A stretch of 64,000 nucleotides of DNA from the NCBI GenBank assembly GCA_963734495.1, contig CAVTHK010000002.1:160001-224000 (forward strand), in the 5' to 3' direction. Below the pieces are notes generated by a model that did not search any database, was not told where the DNA came from, and was given only the letters and a program-made list of their open reading frames with translations. Positions 59,152-64,000 of this stretch are shown piece by piece (the stretch's first letter is position 1; the number at the start of each line of letters is the position of its first letter). This stretch comes from an uncultured Spirochaetota bacterium. Lineage in GTDB: Bacteria; Spirochaetota; Spirochaetia; SZUA-6; CAVTHK01. Both the position numbers and the translations under genes were made by a program.

Positions 59152-60339
59152 TTGAAACCGTCCGATCTGCCGTACCCGAGCGTCTCGTTCCTCGCGGGCA
59201 TCTTCCTGCTGAGCATCCTCGCTCGGTCCGTCCTCGGGCCCTTTCTCGTGGCGATCGAGCGGGAGATGGGCCTGAGTCACGGGGCCTCGGGCGCGCTGTT
59301 TCTCTTTGTCGCGGCGGGCTACAGCGCCACGATGCTCCTCTCGGGCTTCGCGGCCCGGCTCATCGGCCACAGGCGCACGATCGCGGCGTCGCTCGCCGCG
59401 GTCGGCGCCGCGTCGCTGGCGGCGTCCGCCGCGCCGACGCCGTTCCTCCTGCGCGTGGCGCTGGTGCTGCTGGGGGCAGGCGCGGCGCTGTACATGCCGT
59501 CGGGCGTGGCGACCCTCTACCGCATAACGGCGCCCGGGCGATGGGGCGGGGCCATCGCCATCCACGAGCTCGGCGCGAACCTCGCCTTCGTGCTCGCGCC
59601 CCTGTACGCGGAGCTCGCCCTGCGCCTCGCTTCCTGGCGGGTCGGGGCGGCCGTCCTGGGCGCGGCCGCCTTGGCCGGGGCGGCAGGCTTTGCCCGCTTC
59701 GGCCCGGCGGGCGATCAGACCGGCGAGGCGCCGCGTCTCGGCAACATCGGCGTCTTCCTGCGCGAGCCTGAGTTCTGGGCGATCGCCTTCCCTTTCTGGC
59801 TCTCCGCCGCTCTCGGGGTCGGGGCGTACTCGATCCTGCCTGTCTTTCTGACGGCCGAGCGCGGTCTCGAGCGGGGAACGGTCAACGTCCTGCTCGGGCT
59901 CTCACGGCTCACGGGGCTGCCTGCCGTCTTCCTCGCGGGCGCTCTCGCCGACCGGATGAGCCCCAGGCTCCTCGTCGGCCTGCTGGTCGGCGGGGCGGGC
60001 GTGCTCGCCGTTGCGATCGGTCTCGGCAAGGGTCTGCTGCTGATCGTTGCGGTCTTCGGCCTCCCGCTCGCCACCAGCTGCTTTTTTCCCGCCGCGTTCG
60101 CGGCGCTCAAGCGCATTGGTCGCCCCGGCCTGGACAACATCGCCGTGTCGCTGGTGGTGCCCTTCGGCTACCTCTTCGGCGGCGGGCTGGTGCCGACGGT
60201 GATGGGCAGGCTCGGAGAGGACGGCCGCTTCTGGCTCGGCTTCGTCGAGCTGGGAGCGCTGGCGCTGGCCGCAGCCATCGGCACGAGCTTCCTGCAGGCG
60301 CTTCCGCGGTCCGCCGCGCGCCCGCCCCGCGGGCGGTGA
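59152..60339 (+). CDS. MFS transporter
   Basis: About 12 hydrophobic segments; GFAARLIGHRR and GALADR motif-A-like loops. Confidence 0.82.
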   Translation: MKPSDLPYPSVSFLAGIFLLSILARSVLGPFLVAIEREMGLSHGASGALFLFVAAGYSATMLLSGFAARLIGHRRTIAASLAAVGAASLAASAAPTPFLLRVALVLLGAGAALYMPSGVATLYRITAPGRWGGAIAIHELGANLAFVLAPLYAELALRLASWRVGAAVLGAAALAGAAGFARFGPAGDQTGEAPRLGNIGVFLREPEFWAIAFPFWLSAALGVGAYSILPVFLTAERGLERGTVNVLLGLSRLTGLPAVFLAGALADRMSPRLLVGLLVGGAGVLAVAIGLGKGLLLIVAVFGLPLATSCFFPAAFAALKRIGRPGLDNIAVSLVVPFGYLFGGGLVPTVMGRLGEDGRFWLGFVELGALALAAAIGTSFLQALPRSAARPPRGR

Positions 60340-60373
60340 GATGAAAGCGGCCGCCCGGCGCCTCGCGCCCGCC

Positions 60374-61399
60374 TCAGGCGCCGGCCAGGCCCGCCGCCAC
60401 TGTCGCGAGGACCTCGAGCGCCTCGCCGGGGTCCTTCTCCTCGGTCAGATCGAAGGCCGAGCGGGTGCCCGCCGGCGTCGCCACGGTCGGGTTGCGGAGC
60501 AGCGCATGCACCGTTGCGGCGGCGAAGCGCGCGGCGAGCGCCCTGCCGAAAGCAAAGTCCTCCACCGGCCGCGGCCGCGGCGAGGCGGACAGGTCGCTCG
60601 CGAAGCGGCGCAGCTCCACGAGCGCCTCGAGCGGGCCCGCCGACAGGTGCACGCCGTTGAGGTTGGCCGAGACTTCGGGAAGCGCGAAGTCGCCCTGCCT
60701 GCGCAACAGCTCCGCGCGCAGGCTCCCCGGCGACGCCCTGGCGGGGTCGGTGGCGCCGCAGAACCGCTGCCTCGCCGCTGCCCACGGGACGTCGCCGCGC
60801 AGCACGAAGCCCGCCACCCGGCTCGCCGGCGCCGTGAAGGCGCGGAGCATCCGCGGGTAGAAGCCGTTCACCAGGTAGAGGCCCTCGCCGGGGAGCGGCC
60901 GGCAGTAGGTCCCGCCCGCGAGCTTGTCGGCGCCGCCGCTGAGCCACAGCTTCGCCAGCGCTTCCGCGTCGAGCTCGGGGTGGGCGGCGAGGTAGTCGAG
61001 GCCCCCGACCACGCGCTCGTCCGGGTCGCGGCCGTAGAGCTCGCGGAACCGCACGCGCGCCTGCTCCGACAGGTTCGCGGCGGGGTCGCGGGCGACCGCG
61101 TCGATCACGCCGTAGTGCTCGGCCACGATCCCGTGCTCCTCCATGTACGCCCCGGACAGCAGGACCACGCTCTCGACCGCGAGCGACGCAGCAGCGAGCG
61201 AGCCGGCCACCAGCTCGACGACCAGCGGCAGCCGCGGGCTGCGCATCAGCTCGGGCTTCAGGAAGAAGAGCATCTGGCTGCCGCCCGCCGGTGACCGAAG
61301 CGCGCTGTAGATCCGCTCGTAGAAAGCGCGGTGGGGCGGCCTGGCCGATTCCACGAACGCCCGCGAAAGGTTCGCAGCCGTCGGTTCGCTGATCCTCAT
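60374..61399 (-). CDS. atypical nucleoside-diphosphate-kinase-like protein
   Basis: FFLKPE, HY, GATDPARASPGSLR, NGVHLSAGPLEA. Confidence 0.65.
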   Translation of the reverse strand: MRISEPTAANLSRAFVESARPPHRAFYERIYSALRSPAGGSQMLFFLKPELMRSPRLPLVVELVAGSLAAASLAVESVVLLSGAYMEEHGIVAEHYGVIDAVARDPAANLSEQARVRFRELYGRDPDERVVGGLDYLAAHPELDAEALAKLWLSGGADKLAGGTYCRPLPGEGLYLVNGFYPRMLRAFTAPASRVAGFVLRGDVPWAAARQRFCGATDPARASPGSLRAELLRRQGDFALPEVSANLNGVHLSAGPLEALVELRRFASDLSASPRPRPVEDFAFGRALAARFAAATVHALLRNPTVATPAGTRSAFDLTEEKDPGEALEVLATVAAGLAGA

Positions 61400-61497
61400 G
61401 CCTCTACCAATGACATGAATGAAGGCCCCCGGCAAATGGCCCCGATGGCCCGCGGGAGCGCTGCCGTTTCGCGGGTGAGCGTGCTGGCCGTTCGGCT

Positions 61498-62778
61498 TCA
61501 GCAGAGATCGCTCGCCTCAAGCAAGCCACTTACCGCGAGGTCGTAGTCCGGCCTCGTCCCGTCCCACGCCGGGAAGTTGACGTGAGGACCGAGGTCAAGG
61601 TTGCGCTCATCGGCCCAATCGCGCATCCAGGCGACGGCGTCGTCCACCGGCTGCGAGTGCGGATTCTGCGCCAGCGGTATGCCCGAGGGCGAGTGGAAGA
61701 TCCAGGCGCCATCCGCGCCTCGGCTGATGCTCCAGCCTCCCTCGTGGAGCAGTCTATGGTGGCGAGGGCAGGCCAGCAGGGTATTCCCGAGGCTGGTCTC
61801 TCCCCCATGCAGCCAGTGCTTGACGTGGTGGCCGTGCAGGAACCTGGTGTGGGTGCACCCGGGAAAGGCGCAGCCGCGGTCCCGCACCATCAAGGCCCGG
61901 CGGAGGGCGGGGGGAATGCTGCGGGTGCGGCGGCCGATGTTCAGACTCTCCCCCTCCCCACCCACCGCCACCAGACCGCAATCGCAAGCGACTCGTCGAA
62001 GCGCTTCCGGGGAAACACGGGTTCCGTCCTCCAGCGTCGCCGACCACTCGCCGTCGGCACCGAGCACCTCCTGCTCGAGATGAATCATGACCTGGAAGCG
62101 CTCCCCTCCGGTTCCCGTCACCTGATGGCCGGCCAGGAACGACTCGGCGACTTCGACCGCGCCATCCGCCCGGGATGGCCACGGCGCTTCCGCGGAAGCG
62201 TCCGCGGCCGCCTCCGCCGCTTCCTTCGCCGGCTCGGCCTGCTCGGCGTGCACCTCCCGGGCTCGCTCGATGGCGCGCATCACCAGGTCCGCCTCGTCGG
62301 GCTCCAGCACCAGCTCCAGCTTGACCATTCCCCCCGGCAGCAATCGCCGATATACGGACCGCTCCTCCGGCAGCGGCGCAGTCTCCGGGTCCACAGCCGC
62401 TCGATAGCCCCGGCACAGCCGTTCAAGCTGCGCCGCGGTTGCCACGAGCGCCAGCTCCAACAGCTTGCCCTCGTTCTCCGCCGTTGCCACTCGCGTGAGG
62501 GCTCGGACCTTGGCGTAGGAAAGGGTGGCCGAGCGGAACGCTTCGTCGATCGCGGGCAGCTTGCCCAGAGCGCGCGCCACCCGCACCTTCTCGCGCGCGG
62601 TGGCCGGGTCCCATCCGAGCCGCCAGGCCAGCCAGTGCGCGCAGGAAACGGCGCCCTGGTCGCACCAGCCGCCGGCCTCGTCAAAGTGCCTGATGCATTC
62701 GAGCAGCCGATGCATGGCCGCATCGAGGTGCGCCGACAGGCTGGCGATCTCCTCGCCGAGTCGCTCCGTGGTAGTCAT
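61498..62778 (-). CDS. DUF222 (13E12-like) domain protein with C-terminal HNH endonuclease
   Basis: SCAHWL, LSYAKVRALTR, RRVACD, RDRGCAFPGC...HHVKHW.HGG.T...N..LACPRHH. Confidence 0.88.
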   Translation of the reverse strand: MTTTERLGEEIASLSAHLDAAMHRLLECIRHFDEAGGWCDQGAVSCAHWLAWRLGWDPATAREKVRVARALGKLPAIDEAFRSATLSYAKVRALTRVATAENEGKLLELALVATAAQLERLCRGYRAAVDPETAPLPEERSVYRRLLPGGMVKLELVLEPDEADLVMRAIERAREVHAEQAEPAKEAAEAAADASAEAPWPSRADGAVEVAESFLAGHQVTGTGGERFQVMIHLEQEVLGADGEWSATLEDGTRVSPEALRRVACDCGLVAVGGEGESLNIGRRTRSIPPALRRALMVRDRGCAFPGCTHTRFLHGHHVKHWLHGGETSLGNTLLACPRHHRLLHEGGWSISRGADGAWIFHSPSGIPLAQNPHSQPVDDAVAWMRDWADERNLDLGPHVNFPAWDGTRPDYDLAVSGLLEASDLC

Positions 62779-62943
62779 GCTGATAGTATACATCCGTATA
62801 GTATCAAGCGCAAGACCTATCCCGCGCTGGAGAATCGCGCCCGCCGTGTCGGCTGCGGATGGGCAGCTGCGGACCCGCAGCGCTGCCCGCAAAACTGCGG
62901 CAGGCCGGTTGAGCCACCGCGCGCGCGCCGGTAGAATCCGGCA

Positions 62944-63597
62944 GTGATGATCAGAGGCCTCATCTTCGACATGGACGGCGTGCTCGCGGACAGCGAGCCG
63001 CTCCACGCGCGCGCCTGGGTCCGGACGCTCGAGCGATACGGCGTCCGCGTCGACGAGCGTTACTTCGACCGCTGGATCGGGATCCCGAACGGCGACACGG
63101 CGCTCGACCTCGTCGAACGCTTCCGCATCCCCGTCCCGGCCGAGCGCCTCTCGGCGGAGAGACAGGCGGCGTACCTGCGGCTCGCGGAGAGCGAGCTGCG
63201 GCCGTTCCCGGGGCTGGCCGAGACGCTGGCCGGCCTGCGCCTCCCGAAAGCCGTGGCCACGTCGAGCACGCGCGCCGACGCGGCTCTGATGCTCTCGCGG
63301 CTCGGCCTCTCCCCGCACTTCCGCGTCGTGGTGACCGTCGAGGACGTCGTGCTGACCAAGCCGGACCCTGAGATCTACGTGAAGGCGGCCGCCGGCCTGG
63401 GCCTTTCCCCCGGCGAGTGCGCGGCGATCGAAGACTCGCCCGCCGGCGTCGCCTCCGCCCGTGCGGCGGGCTGCTACGTGGTCGCCGTGACGACGACGCA
63501 CGCGGCGCCGCGCCTGGCGGCTGCCGACGACGTGTGCGCAGGCACCGTTGCCGCGATCGCAGCGCTGCGGGCCGCGGGGCGCCTCGCGCCGGGCTGA
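62944..63597 (+). CDS. HAD-family phosphatase (beta-PGM/CbbY-like)
   Basis: FDMDGVLADSE, ATSS, KPDPEIY, IEDS..GV. Confidence 0.9.
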   Translation: MMIRGLIFDMDGVLADSEPLHARAWVRTLERYGVRVDERYFDRWIGIPNGDTALDLVERFRIPVPAERLSAERQAAYLRLAESELRPFPGLAETLAGLRLPKAVATSSTRADAALMLSRLGLSPHFRVVVTVEDVVLTKPDPEIYVKAAAGLGLSPGECAAIEDSPAGVASARAAGCYVVAVTTTHAAPRLAAADDVCAGTVAAIAALRAAGRLAPG

Positions 63598-63661
63598 ATA
63601 CCTTCAACCTGATCTCCTCTCGTTGTGGCGGCCGGGACCGAACCGTGCTACGCTGGCCCCG

Positions 63662-64000
63662 ATGGAACAGACGCTCTACGTGTCCCTGCAGGACGACGAA
63701 CGGATCCTGGGATTCGACATCGACGCGCGGACGGGCCGCCTCGCCCCCGAGGGGAATTTCCAGGTCCCGGGCGGCCCCGCTCCCCTCGCGCTGCGTCCCG
63801 ACGGACGGATCCTCTACGCGGGCCTGCGCGGCAGGGCGGGCCTGGCCTGGCTCGCGCGGGAGCCGTCGACGGGTGCGCTGCGCGAGGGCGGCCGGATCCC
63901 GCTCGAGACCGATCCCTGCTTCCTGTCCACGGACCGGTCGGGACGCTTTCTCTTTTCCGCCTACTACCGGGCGGGGCTGATCGGGGTCCACGCCCTCGAG
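63662..64000 (+). CDS. 6-phosphogluconolactonase-like beta-propeller lactonase (3' end outside window)
   Basis: MEQTLYVSLQDD...PAPLALRPDGRILYAG...DPCFLSTDRSGRFLFSAYY; open to window end. Confidence 0.8.
   Translation, partial: MEQTLYVSLQDDERILGFDIDARTGRLAPEGNFQVPGGPAPLALRPDGRILYAGLRGRAGLAWLAREPSTGALREGGRIPLETDPCFLSTDRSGRFLFSAYYRAGLIGVHALE

Noticed and set aside
62779-63501. N-terminal extension of the HNH ORF to 667 aa
   Set aside because: Antisense to the HAD gene; the promoter directly precedes ATG 62778

Overview
High-GC chromosomal window from a Spirochaetota bacterium. The 16S carries the spirochaete-type GCAGCTAAGAAT motif and the gene order is spirochaete-like. The left half is mostly housekeeping: holB with a sensor kinase and sigma54 regulator, lysC with a degenerate dapF, a stand-alone Cas2-like gene ahead of the frameshifted prfB, ftsY-lolCDE, mcsA-mcsB-clpC, manA, hisS, upp and tRNA-Pro/Glu. 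A complete 16S-tRNA-Ile-23S-5S operon follows. The right half is accessory metabolism. The top candidate for an undescribed system is a three-gene operon (UxuA-like dehydratase, ferredoxin-type activating enzyme, ~800-aa glycyl radical enzyme) whose GRE has non-canonical catalytic loops (NSNCWE, RVRMGGW). Also present are ddh-lysA, a LacI/GH1/ABC sugar locus with an aldo-keto reductase and three tandem VOC genes, an atypical NDK-like protein, and a DUF222-HNH gene with a palindrome over its promoter. At least 11 genes appear leaderless. Several genes carry single-base frameshifts that are probably assembly errors. Family assignments come from motif recognition by eye; no searches were run.
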